Shown: positions 1-13,349 of the stretch, in pieces
Position numbering within the stretch: the stretch's first letter is position 1
Layout of the letters: every line of letters starts with the position of its first letter
Assembly: GCA_976226885.1 (NCBI GenBank)
Contig: OZ320321.1
Location: forward strand, 15,066,001 to 15,130,000
Direction of reading: 5' to 3'
DNA: 64,000 bases
Origin: Iphione sp. A-MEVVRFRX5
Taxonomy: Eukaryota
Position numbers and translations under genes: made by a program
The notes under the pieces: generated by a model
Seen by the model: only the letters and a program-made list of their open reading frames with translations
The model's database searches: none
What the model was told of the DNA's origin: nothing

Positions 1-295
1 AGATAGAGGTGAAGCGTCATCATATCACAAACCAGTCAGTCCTGTAGCACAGTGATTAAAGTGAAACTTTATTATATCACAGACTGGTCCTGTAGGCCAG
101 AGGTGAAACTGAAGCTTCTTTAGCTCAGAGACTGCTTCTGTAACAGAGAATTGAAGGTGAACTTATATCATGTCATAGGTAGGTCCTCTAGCACAGTGAT
201 GAAAATGGAGTTTCATCTGCTCCCAGGCTGGTTCTGTAACACAGGGATGAAAATGAACCTTTATTAACTTGCAGGCCGATCCTGTAGCACATAAA
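1..295. repeat. Degenerate ~45-50 bp tandem repeat
   Basis: Recurring blocks of the form GTGAA..TATCA..GGTCCTGTAGCACAG, about 6 times; runs off the window start. Confidence 0.4.
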
Positions 296-897
296 ACGTC
301 ATTAACTCACAGATGTGGTCTTCTAGTTGGAGTGAATATGTTATACAAGAAAGATCATTAGTGCACAGTGGCACCAGTGTTCTATGGCGCTGATGCCCCA
401 ATTTGAAAATCTCATATCTTGCGAGGCATTCATCTGTTATTGAGCACAATATTCCTGTTGCAAGCATCTACCATGAAAGATTTTCTCTGATATTTTTGCA
501 AGATTCTAAAAATTCTACATGGACGGTCGGGCAAGCCAAGCTGAGAGTGTTGGGAGGTCCAAACATTGTGAACAATTTGTGTAGTACATACTGAATGTCT
601 CTCTACTAGGGAGAAGAGGAAATAGCATTGAATCAACTACAAAGTTACAATTAGATGGCGCCCCGTACGTATCCTCATATTGGATAAAATAGTTAAAACA
701 GGGCATTTATGTTGTACGATGGTGATCAGCATATATTCAAATCAACGGTATATTCAAATATACCCTCATACACAGAATGACCACCTCAGTCGCATGACAC
801 TATTAAAATATAAATCAGTACAGGTTGTTATTCTTTGTAGTCTGATGAAAAGTAAACATGGACATGTACAGCCTGGTATGTCAAAGGACAGATCATT

Positions 898-1018
898 CTT
901 AAATAGGGACCGGTTTAGATTTGCCTTCCACCTAGTCTAGATAGCTTGTAGAAGTCCTTTTCTTAAATATGGACCAGTTTAGGTTTGCCTTCTAACTAGT
1001 CTAGATAACTGGTAGAAG
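898..1018. repeat. ~64-bp imperfect direct duplication
   Basis: CTTAAATAGGGACCGGTTTAGATTTGCCTTCCACCTAGTCTAGATAG vs CTTAAATATGGACCAGTTTAGGTTTGCCTTCTAACTAGTCTAGATAA. Confidence 0.7.
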
Positions 1019-2070
1019 ACTGGCCCTCAACATGGTCTGACCATACCTTGATATGGTCAGACAGGCCTCCCCTATGGTACATTTTTTTTCTCTTGTGTGG
1101 ACAAGTGTAGATGGTGCCACCTGTGTGATCATGTGGAAGGTTATTGGCAAGGTTATTTGCAAGGTTATTGACGATGTTTTTACATGGATAGTGAACCCTG
1201 GGACCACAATAAACCAACCACTTCACTTTTCCAGCCAATTTTACTGGAACAGAATTAATAATCTGTTCATAAAACGCTTCAGTATTGCAACCGCACTCTA
1301 TCCAGACCAATTCGGCTTGGAACGCAGGATGGTCGCATTGCTGAGGTCATATTGTACATAGAAATATACACAAGTCTAAATAGCCTTTTGTAGGATAGGA
1401 CAATAATATATGCACAAAGCCGTCTTGACTCTTGTGTAATGGCCATGCACACACAAGCCTGGACATGTCCCGACTGGCTGTTGGCATCCTCGGACAATAC
1501 AGCGAGATTGACAAGTCCAGATGCGTCTTTTGTGTAGTATGGAAACAAATCGAAAGATGGTCCAGTAAGTATCATATTGCTGCGTGGTCCGAAAGTGTCT
1601 GTCTAAATATGGAACAGTTCAAAGCAGTTCTGTGTGCGGCAACGATATCTAATTGGTCACTAGTGGAAACACTTTTCAAGCAGAACAAACAATTGTTGTG
1701 ACAATAACTCCGTCATGTTTGGTGTATCATACGCTACTGACCAGCGGAACTCTCGGATTGGAGGAGACATCTGTAGGCTGCTGCTTCCGGTTCCTGTCAG
1801 ATGCTGTTGTCGCAATTCTCGCTCTGGTAGATTACATATGATCAACCTGGAGTTTTTGCTCTAGGAGAATCAGAACAACAAAGGCAAAATGATATGAAAG
1901 AGAGGATTCCCCAGCCTTCGCGATACGATCGATGACCTTGCTTGGAAGGGTTTGAGCTTGTATGTATAAGGACCAGTGTACTTTTTTTCCTTGTTAACCC
2001 AATGGAGACGGACACCTAGCCCAACTTACTGGAGTCAAAGACAGCGCCTATTATGACATGTTGAACTTTC

Positions 2071-2340
2071 AGGACGGCGTGTATCCTTAAGGATACATGC
2101 AGAAAACATGTTACATGCATAATATATGCATAATACACATATACACATGAAATATGCACGTATATACGTGTATTCCATTTATATAGGTGTGTTAGGCATG
2201 TGTTTCATGTGTATTTTGCTTGTAACATGATCTCTATTTGCATCCTTGAGGATACACACTGTCCTAGGTGGTGTATCCTTAAGGATTCATGCTGGATGGC
2301 ATGATGTACATGATGTATCGTTAAGGATACACGCCCTCCT
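2071..2340. mobile_element. Foldback/MITE-like element made of two palindromic units
   Basis: AGGACGGCGTGTATCCTTAAGGATAC at 2071 is inverted at ~2240-2265 and again at ~2315-2340; core 16-bp palindrome GTATCCTTAAGGATAC occurs 4 times with variants. No clear TSD. Confidence 0.55.
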
Positions 2341-5300
2341 CTTTGGGTTGATATACACACACGAACACTAGTATATCAGCGTCAACATATAACACAAAAC
2401 TACGCGACAGGCCCAAGTAAAGCGCAATGAAGATCTCTTTGCGGTATTCATAATAAAAAAAACTGAAAATGAGAAGTGGGTGCTTCCGATGAATCATTTA
2501 CGAAGAGCTTTTTAGCAGGAGATAATCATTAAAGGAACAGATAATCCCGAGGAGCAATAAAAAAAGGGGAAAATCAGCTACAAATGATAAATGATAAACC
2601 GTCACTTCGATCAGGTCGAAATGAGGTCAGTGTTCGAGTTTATGTAGCTTTTCATGAGCTGATGTTTATTGTATGCATTGTGACGAACAGGTAACGTCAG
2701 ATCAGAAGATCCGACACTGTGGTCCAATGTGTAAGCTCCAACTTCTAAATCCACGAATTTGGTCCGATAGGTGGTCGGATGATGAAATCAATGAAGGCAT
2801 TGCAAAATAAATAAAGTGTGTTGCTTGTATTGTGACATGAAGCTAGTCACCAGCCACTGTCTGTGCATATAAGGAGGCAGACCTTTCTTGAATAAACAGA
2901 CATTCTTTCATTGCAGTTGGAGAGAGATTACACCCAGTAGAGTTCTACACATGGAGTGAACCCGATTTTTCGAAGTTGGCATTGGTTATTTCACCAAGCA
3001 CATCTCTGTATTAAAGGCAGATGACTCATCAGCTCGACTACACGTTACAACATGTTAGGTACTCAATGTCTCTGCTTGTAGTAAGGCCCTCTTCAGGAAC
3101 AGAGTATGTGTAGATTTATTTGAACAATCCTTATATTGATATGGTTGTGGAGTGTTTTTTTTTCAGAATGATGTTAACGGAATAAAACCGAAATTGCTGC
3201 TATTATTTGAACACAGAACACATATTCTCAAAGAGACCAGGCAACACCATCGACCTGCAAGATGTGATTGATAGAGCGCTTCTCTGTTTAGGATTTACAA
3301 CTTTTAATCAGATCGCAAAGGGTCAAGAGAATGATGAAGGAAAAACCTCCCGGAGCACACATACAAAACTGGCCTTCAGGCTTTGATATGGAGGGCGGAG
3401 ATATACAGGGCTTCTCCCACTACCTAAGGAAGAGCACGAAAATACTTTATATCAGAGCAAAGTCAACAGTTATTTAAACACAAAAAGGTTGTGTTTGGTA
3501 AAATGAATGCATTGATGATGCACTGCTACTTCTCCGTCCAAACAAAGATTGAGAGTCACCTCAGGGACAGTCCGTCAAAAGGAACTGGGACATTACACAG
3601 AGACCCCACGTAAAAGACCTTTATTGGAACTGGGGAACCAGTGATGCCCTTGGAAACCAGGATGTCCTTGGTACTGGGGAACCAGGTACTGGAGAGCCAG
3701 CGATGTCCTTGGGAACCAGGATGTCCTTTGATATAAATGTATAGGCTTCAAGTTTCTTTCAAGAGGTTTCAAGAGCATGAAGGTCATGAGACCAGTTGAC
3801 ATAAATTAATATAATTATCATCTCTTGATAGAGGCACACCGAATATTGCGGTTAAAGGAGTACTATGTCCTGTCTTGTATAGATACTATGTTATAGGTAG
3901 TTATAGTCACACTGGAGTTCAGTACAGTGGAATGTGCTCCGGTACTCTGGGCTCTGGCATTTGGCTTCTCCAAAGGTCTTGTGCAATTAAGATTGAGAAA
4001 CATGATGACTCGGTTGTGAAAGCCCTTAGGACTCTGACTGTATACATGTATAAGGATTAGCTTACACTGAACAAACAGACACCCATACACCCTAACGTTG
4101 TGTAAATGGTGTGAACCAGATTTTACTTGTCAATTCTATTATTTATTCTAATCGAAATGCTTACATAGTTCCTCATCAGGCTCTGTGCACATAGCTCCAT
4201 AGACTGGAAGTCATAATAATTGGGATATCGGTCACCTCACCAAAACCCGCCTATATGGTAATACCATGTAGTAAAAGAGTATCGTGACCAATCCTTAACT
4301 CTGTTAACAGCCACTCCAGGTGGAAATCTATCAGAAACATTTGCATGTTTGCGAGGAAAAAGATTTTTTTCCTATTGCATTCAGTTCTCTTGTTGACGTT
4401 CCAAGTCCCCAAATTGCAGTATCATTCCTTCTTCTTTGAGCTTTCCTCCGTCCCGCCTTCAATTCCTCCTCCTTACTGACAAAACCCCCGCACCAATGCA
4501 CCCAGCCTCGCGTCTACGTCTTTAACATTCTCCAAGCGAAGGCGGCAGATCGGAGTTGAACGTCTGCTCTCCAAAGGACAGCCAAACGGGAATCGCCAAG
4601 ACAACCGAACCGGCGGCGCATGCGCGGCAAATGGTGCGCGGTTTCCGGTGTGCGGAAATTGGATTTGTGACCAAGCACTTTCATGTTGGTCGGTCGGGGT
4701 TAGAAGTGTGGCAGGCACCTACGTGTGTGTGTTTGTGTGTTTGGGGAGGCGGGGAGGGAATAGGTGTGGGACCACTGTATGCACTGGAGGGGGCACAAAG
4801 CGGGTTCGTTTTAAAGGACTCCATACTGAGGTATCTAACTGAAGGGCGGGACTGAAGCGCGGTGCATTGACGTGTATGTGTGTTCGTGTGTCTGTGTGCA
4901 GCCGCGGGGGGGGGAGGGTTAGTCTCCGTGTGACAAGAAAAAGAAGAGTTTGAAGTACTACAGATACGCCCCCTAGTATATTGTTTGTATATTCATGCTT
5001 GTACGTGTGTGCGCGTACATATGTAAGATAGTACGTTGGGTTCGCTGTCCCGAAGACCTTCAAAGAAAACCATATTAGGAAAGAAAATACCAATGTATTT
5101 CCAACACTTTACAGGATGTCTTAGGGGAAAATGTTCTATTTAAAAAGCGTTTAACGCGGGTTCTGTATTATCTTGAGACATTTAGAATTTACTGCAAATT
5201 GGAAGCATTGTCGGGTGTCAGAAAATTATGATTTATCGATACAAAATGGCGGGAATGATTCTTCGTGAATCAAACGAAGATTTTCCTGGAAAATGCATTG

Positions 5301-6447
5301 TTAACGGCGGTAGGGGACAATATTTTCAGGTAAAACAACCATGCAAAATATTTATATAACAACATAAAAGGTTTACGTTAGAATATGGGTCCTACTATTG
5401 GGAACCATAGAAAAGCTATGGATCATATTTGCAGTCCTTTTCCTTGAGATTGGTCAGGACACCCTCCAAATAAACTGTAAAGAGGAATAATTCAACCTAT
5501 TGTTTGAAGCTTGAATATATAGCAACTTAGATTTTATATAATTTCTCAGGGTTTAATCTTTCTACCCACTGGTGAACAGTCAAAACCAAGGTAAATGTGA
5601 GAGATGCGTGTATGGTATCTGAAAGTAAATTCCTTATCTAAAGTGAACAAGATTGCACTCAGTATTCTGAAGTATTCTGACTAAAATGTACCAAATGATT
5701 CCAAATGTCATGACGGATTCCTTACATTTAAATCATCATGCAGAATGGACGATTTTAGGATACGTGCCACTTTCATAGCGGACGAGTCATACATTCCAAG
5801 GCGATGATTGACGAAGCACATGGGATTTGACAAGAGCCACTCCCGTTTTGACCCATGATTTTTACATATTTTCCAGGAGCTACTTGTGATAAAACAATTT
5901 TATGGCATTAATAGTATAGTTTTCGTTCGATCGACTGCGAATTGTTAAATAGCATGTATTTACAAATATTTAAATTGACATTTAAAAATTACAACAGTGC
6001 ATAGGTATTCCAAAAGGCAGTTTGGTGCAAAACGGAAGAATGAACAAGAAATAATATTTGATGTTCCGGATCGCTTCGAGAGGCCTTACTTCGTAAGTGA
6101 TCAAGAAGCTTCTTCACTGGCTGACTTCTTGACAATTTCACTTCCTTACAATCTCCCAAAAAAGATAGGTCAGGACAGACAGATGGAGGAGCAAAACAGA
6201 AACAGGCGGAGAGAGATCCATAGAGATTGCCAACGTCCACGGGAGGGATCTACGAAGAGAGAGATAGCTGGGAAGCAGAGAGATGGGGGGAGGGGTGGGG
6301 GAGAGGGAAAAGAGCGACATAGAGGCATAAAAAGGCTCAAATAAAGTCCCAGGACATAGACAGAAATCTATGAACAGAGAGACAGCCGGGAACAGAGCGA
6401 GATAGGGGGGAAAGGGGGAGGGACAGAGGAGGTAGGAGACAGTGACG

Positions 6448-6576
6448 NNNNNNNNNNNNNNNNNNNNNNNNNNNNNNNNNNNNNNNNNNNNNNNNNNNNN
6501 NNNNNNNNNNNNNNNNNNNNNNNNNNNNNNNNNNNNNNNNNNNNNNNNNNNNNNNNNNNNNNNNNNNNNNNNNNNN
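6448..6576. other. Assembly gap (129 N) next to GA-rich low-complexity sequence
   Basis: Run of N; purine-rich tract at ~6170-6447. Confidence 1.
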
Positions 6577-9500
6577 CGAAAATCATGAGGAGGACACATA
6601 CTACAGAGATTACCTTGTGATCGGTCCTGAGAATGAGATACGAGGGGGAGGAAATAACAGGAAGAATGCAAGTTAAAAATGGCGATCATAATTACCACCC
6701 GAAACGTATTTAATTGTGATCGTTTTGCAATGTGGTTATGAAGACGTGATATTACATGGACGGGTTGAAATTGCACAGATACTCAGTGTGGCAAGAGACA
6801 TTGTATGGTTTCACCTATTAGTGTGCACATGGGGTTGATAACGCCAGTGGACGAAGGAAGAGTTTCAGAAATTTCCGAACGGGACAGTCACAATATCATA
6901 TCCTACGTTCAAAGAAGGTGCCTTTCCCCGAGACTTTGGTAGCCTACAGGGCATAAACTTCTTGCGAAGTTGAGTTGCACGATTGTGCAACAGGCTAACA
7001 CTGTTTTGGGGGATTAAAATTATTAAACGGAATACACGTGTTAACTTAAGAAACTTCCAAGAGGCTGGCATTCACTCTTAAAACACGAGTTTAAATTTTA
7101 CACACGTTTTTGTCTAATAATCTTCATACATGTTAAAGTGTTCATAGAAATGAACGCATATACCCAGGTATGAATTGAAATCCGTGGATCAACATGTTTA
7201 TACAGTGATACCTTTTATAATGTATTTCAGGAAAAGACAGACAGACAGAGACAGCGTCTGAGACAGACGTGCATAAATTCCCGTAAACAGATGCTTCTTA
7301 CTCTTCCAGATCACATAGGTGAACCACCAACGATTCTTGTCCCTTTTGAAGATACAAATGATAATTAGCTTTTCCAACGTAATATTCAATTGCTGGACAT
7401 AATTATGAATATAATGTTCACCTACAGTCAGCTGTTCGTAACAAAACTATATTCTTGAGATTAGCTATATTGAGCCTTTGGCATTTTACTCCCAATCTGT
7501 TTTTTCCCGTAATTAATCAAACTATCTCTTATAATAATCACCACCCACAAACCGTCTCTCCAGCCCTGCCGTCGGCCATTTTATGTAGAAACATTCAGCA
7601 TTATTGTCACTGTCCTTGACAGCGAGACTTTCCAGTCTGGTGTTTCGCATCTGTATGCCATCGTCCGCAAGCAATCCCCACCTGGCATTCATGTTAAATT
7701 GTACTGTCTACCAGTAGATAAGCTTTCATTGTGGACCTTTCGGAGGGAAGCGTCGTGTATATATCCTCCTCGGTCGTTTATCATTAACTAAATGGCATTC
7801 TTCCGGTAAGCCTGCCGCAGTCAAGGCCACAGTGATAGGGCCACGTGCCTGCGTGACCTTCGACTGGCCACATCCGGGCTCCATGCACTAAAGACCAGTT
7901 CTTTGTGGTGACCTCTATCGGAAGCCGCTGGAATTAAGCAGGAATCCCGCCGGACTCTCGTTCATCGTGTTGATATGCAAATGGTGGGAGCTATCGGTAT
8001 TGTCATGCTGAGCCTAGTTGATCGGGCCAGCGTTCGGCTAATGGTTCGGGCAGGCTTCGGTAGGATTCGGACGTCATCGGACGTCATCGGCGAAAAGGGG
8101 GGACTGGGGGAGAGGGGCTTACTCCTTCATCTCCCGCCAGTCGGCCCCCACCGTCTGTGCATGCGCAGTCGGAGTCTGTTGGAGGGTCACGAGAGTACCA
8201 CGTTGCAAGGTCAGAGGATGGCAGATGACAGGGTTCTAGCATTGGAGGAGATTACACGTGACGTCTTTGTTGTTAAGCGCTCATAACAACAAACATATGG
8301 GCTTGGTATCCTTCAGAAATGTCCAGATGGCGGTGATCATTGTCGGAGATTTCTTCTGCAGATATTATTGACTCGGGGATAGTATAATATATGATGATCA
8401 CCTTCCTAGAATCTGTTTCATATGAATATGAAGAGACCTGATCCATCCAGCATACTAAACAAAAGAGATGACAGGCAAAAGTCGCTTTTGAATCGGCCCA
8501 TACACATGTACCGAACTGGCTAATGGAAATCGGAACTGAAGCTTATCATCTGAACAAGATACTGGAAAGAAATGGTTGGGTTTTTTAAGACAAAGTCAAA
8601 ATTGTTCTCGCTCATTTCAATTATGGCTTGTAATCTCGTCTCTTCATTGCTTTTTTGAAAACCAACCGAAAAAAAATCCCGTCGCCTCTGAAGTGGTAAA
8701 AGGACAATGGAAATGTTTTCAATAAGTCCTCACTCGGTGAATCAAACGACAGCTAAGCGCCTATTATCACTGAACCACACGGTATCCTTTTCTCTCATTT
8801 TCTAGCCTTGCCCGCCACCACCGGCGCCATGTATGAGTGTCTTATTGTTAGGATCGCCAATTAGCATCTGGCATCAGTAGTCAGCACCAATAGAGGAACC
8901 TTCTAGGTTAGAAAGTTGAGATACCCAGTGTCTCTCTCTCTCTGTATGAGGCCTTTAATTGCCTCTGGTCCTGGATATAATAAGGCCATCGCATTCCACG
9001 AGTCGTTATAGGGAGCCCTCTTCTAAAAGCAACCATTCAACATGGAATGGTTAATTCCCTTTCATTAGTGAACATTAACAATGAACTGTCGAACAATGTA
9101 TTTCTAAAAACTGGGGTGGTTTGACCATATAGAGGCATCTATTTATATTTTGAAGGCGACATTTGTACGACATCACAGCTCGCCAGAAAACTTAGGCCTG
9201 AGTAATTGTCTTAAATGTCAGTGTTCGTAGTAAATAAATAATTCGAAAATAATTATACATATAGAGTATTTTCACTTCCATACAACCTCTAATGCATTCA
9301 AAATTATATGTAACTCTAATGCACGAAATACGTCGAGAGACGGTGAGTAGAACCTCTTAAAATGATACGCTAGCACTTTTATTATTCCTCGCCTATAAAT
9401 GTTACATATATTTTCCTGAATCCTCACAGTGCTTCCATACGAAATGATTACAGCGGAGAGCCTGCTATAGGGACATGTTTCAAATAGGGACGTATCTCTA

Positions 9501-9794
9501 ATTGGGACACTTGGGAAAAACCAGGGTGTATATTCATATCTTAAAAGAAGTCTTTAATAGGGTAGGTCTACACGTCTCAATGAACCGATCGCCACTCGCA
9601 AAAACAACGTCATAATGACGTAGAAAGGCGATCGGCCCATTCACGATGGTCCATTCACGATGGTTTAGTACTAAAAAACTGTCCTGAAAGTCTCACACTG
9701 CTTCTCCCTTGCGAAGAGGTCGGTCATATTTAGAAATGAAATATTTATTCCCCCCGCGCAACTCGGATAACAGTTCTTGCACATTTGGTTGTTT

Positions 9795-9856
9795 CCCTCC
9801 TCCCCCTCCTGCTCCTCCTCCTTCTCCTCCTCCTCCTTCTCCTCCTCCTCCTCCTC
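9795..9856. repeat. (CCT)n microsatellite
   Basis: Imperfect CCT repeats; explains the poly-Pro ORF 9709..9906. Confidence 0.9.
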
Positions 9857-11991
9857 GCCCGAGGGGGGTGGGGAGGGGGTTAGTATTCTGCAGCGCGCAG
9901 CAGTAGTCGGAGGTGAATGATGGACTGGGTATGCTGAGATGTAATGGCTGTCAGGTGGGTGCGACCGAGCAGACTACCAGATAAGATAGACTACCACTGC
10001 AAGGACTACTCCTACTACTGCTGCCGCTACTGCTTTGGGGTGCGCGGGTATGTACTGGAGCATTGGATGACAAGAATGAATGGCCTGAACGGTCGAGTGG
10101 CATGGCAATGAAAAAGTCGTTAATCGGAGTATAATATGCTTTGTATGTATTCGTCTTTTAACAAAAAAAGTGTCAACTGCAGTAACTACATACTGATCCA
10201 TTTTAATCAAGCTAGCTAAGTGGCTTAATGAATTGAACTGTGCTGTTACAGTCAAGTCCGAGATAACAATTATAAACGGAAACATTTCAACCCATACCTC
10301 TATCATTCAATGAGATGTTCATACGTAGCCGAAGCATATCTTACGTAGGCAAGCATGTATGTAGACATATCTTCAGAACCTATCCATCACAGGCTCGCAA
10401 TGCATACCGATGCGTGGCTCATAGAACCCAATACTCACAGCATTGTTGTATCTATATGGAAGCAATTAACATACGTACTCTACAGGGGATAAGCTATACG
10501 GATCCAGAGCCGTGGGGTTTGTTTTTAAGGAGGTGGCCCAGAGTAGGTGTAGTGCAGGCCCATAAATGGAATGTGGGTGTGTGTGTGGGGGGGGGAGGGT
10601 GGGGGGGGGGTCATCTGAAATTAGAAAGGTGAAACTCCTGGTTACAGAGGTGGAATTCCTAGTTAGAGAGGCATTCCTCTCTATCCCTGCTTGCTCTCTA
10701 TCTATCTATCTATCCATCTATCGCTATGCCTTCCCTCTCATGGGCCTGGAGAGTTGGATATCCTGGCTTTTGGGGGGAGGGAGGGGGTATCGGACGGTAC
10801 CCCCGATACCCCCTTGTCTATAGGGAGACACAAACACTCATGCAGCTGGCCCCATGTCGAACCGTCCTTTGACGACCTTTCTAACCTAACCAAACCACAA
10901 TGTTCTTATGTGTTGTCGAAGAACACTCTGTTAGCTGGGGTAGTACGAGAAAAATGTTCACTTCAAGGCTATTCCACCAGTGCGGAATGAGGTAAAGACC
11001 AATCCGACGGATTTTTTCTTTCTGGATTAGATACTTTTTCAAGCCTATTGGGGGGGGGGTGATTGCTGACTGGGGTCGATCAAACGACTTCGAGGAGTCG
11101 GGTTTGTCTTGGGGCCTGCAGTCATCATAGTGTCATTTTGTTACGCCTGATGGCCAAAGATCGTACACATGTTGACGCTCTTTGTGATGGCCGGAGCAGT
11201 TCTCCTAAAATACACCAGGGGGCGACAGTGATGGCTGCCGCCGAAACGTCAGCACTTCGTTCAGATATCTGTAGTCTGATAATTGCACCCGTCCATTACG
11301 TGTCTTTAATCTGACTGTTCAGTTCCACATGCTGGGGCGTCTTTATAATTGACGTGCACGTTTATCAAGGGCTAAAAAACAAAGTTATAACAAGTAAAAG
11401 CATTCAATGTATACGCTGCTATTGTTCTTATCAGTATGTTGTTTTGGTACATCGATAACCACAAAAAAGTATGCTTCTTTAATGTGCATTTGTTTAATGA
11501 ACTTGTCGTTTTTCTTCTGTTACTACTCCCATGTGCTATTGTATTCTGTCCTTAGCTGCACATACACAAGCTGCATATAATGGTTCACAGGGGGGGGGGG
11601 GTGTCAGGGGGTACCCAATAACGTTTCACCAAGAATGAAAATCATCCATAACGCATAAAAAAAGTCCAGTTAATGGTTCACAAAGAATTTATTCTTTCAT
11701 AACATTTCACCAGTAACAGTTTCACAATGCATAACACGGAATTTAGAAAGCCAATAATGTTTCACCAGGAATTGAAATACCTTATAATGCTTCCCCTTAA
11801 TAGGTGTTCCCTCCTGTTGTTTCCTTTCCCTGCATGGTCCCTCCTTTTATCTTGGAAGGCATCTCTTCGTCTATATATGGAAAAATCAATACGACGTCTA
11901 TTTTTGACATGAAGGCTACAGTTTTTTCAGCATTTATAAATCAACTATTTCTTATATGATGGAGCATAAGGAGGCAGTGGGATGTAAACGT

Positions 11992-12044
<53 letters not shown>

Positions 12045-12067
12045 TGTGTGTGTGTTTGTGTGTGTGT
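11992..12067. repeat. Compound (AG)n(TG)n microsatellite
   Basis: About 24 AG units followed by TG units. Confidence 0.95.
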
Positions 12068-13257
12068 TAATAGATCCAACAGTGCTTAACACAAGTCCCT
12101 TGGAACACACAATTTTTAATCGAGAAACACTAATCAGTCATTTGCCTTTCGACTACCCGACCGCAGTCTCGCCTTGTAATATATCTCTATGATAACGTCA
12201 GCAAGAGTAGAAATATTGTCTTACTGATTTTCTTGGAGTTGTCTACAAGTATCCTATTAGAATGTCTGTGACAGCTGTTCCTAGCTGAAGGACATCATAG
12301 CAAATCTAAACATTAGACATGAATTCTTTATACATGGTTATTTTTCCGTTACGGATTGTTTCTTTCGTGTTGTTTGTTTATTGTACCTAAGAAATTTCTT
12401 ATTTCACGCATACATGGTGCACCCAATGGATTCTGAGGACAAAGATTGTATATTATATAATGGCATTGATACCAAACCAGTCAGTGATTTATACAAACAG
12501 TCAGCAGCCAATAAGGCCTATGTAAAAACAGCTGTGTTTCCAGTGACCTGGCCGACCCTGAGTTTTGTCCTTATGGAACTTTTTTATCATTTATTGTTTT
12601 GTAAATATCTCCGGAATCGATAAAGCTAGAAACATATACAATACACCATTTTCTTTCTTTAGGGACTTAGCTTTCGTTTCATGTCACTCTCCCAGGCATG
12701 GGAACACGTCCTAGTCATTGGAGGCTTGCTGTGGGTTGCTAGGCCAGACCTGTAGCTAAGGGGGGCATTGTCCACTGTCTGTACAGTACCTGTAATAGAC
12801 TGTAAGGAGGTTCTCACCGATAACTCACACAACAAACATTACATGTTCAGGGCCTTCATGTCAGTCTGTGTCTTCCTGTGTCATTCCTGATGGAGATGAT
12901 AAGAGTTACTTTGTTACTTTGTTCTCATGTGACTTGACATCATGAAACATGGTGTTACAATCTTTTACCTAGAAGCAGTTTCTGCTGAGAACGGATTCTG
13001 AGGACATGAGTACTTAACGACAATTTTTCTTGTACAGTTTAAGTACATTGCACAAGCCTTTACTTGGTAACATAATTATAACTATATACTACACATCACA
13101 TCAGTACTTTGAGAACATTGTGAGCAACGATACATTCTCTATCACAATGAGTACTGTGTTACATGACAATGGAAATTCTATTTCTTCAGTCAGATGTGTT
13201 TCGCCATTCAGTCCTGTGAAAGGTGCTGTTAAGGTGAGCATTGGTCCAAATGAGACT

Positions 13258-13267
13258 TTTATTTATT
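13258..13267 (-). promoter_or_regulatory. Probable poly(A) signal(s) of the NRF-6-like gene
   Basis: Overlapping AATAAA hexamers on the minus strand ~85 nt past the TAG at 13350. Confidence 0.5.
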
Positions 13268-13349
13268 GAGGTTCTGTGGTGATTTACAAGCATGGGGCAC
13301 TAGGTGAGTGCAATGTCTCAGCTACCCCTCTTGGCTGACAAAGGAAACC

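Noticed and set aside
7975-8286. 103-aa ORF in a CpG-rich island
   Set aside because: No recognisable domain; openness explained by GC content.
8340-8600. Possible LINE RT relic (IYDD.., WLME..LKL)
   Set aside because: Two weak motifs needing frameshifts; not distinguishable from chance by eye.
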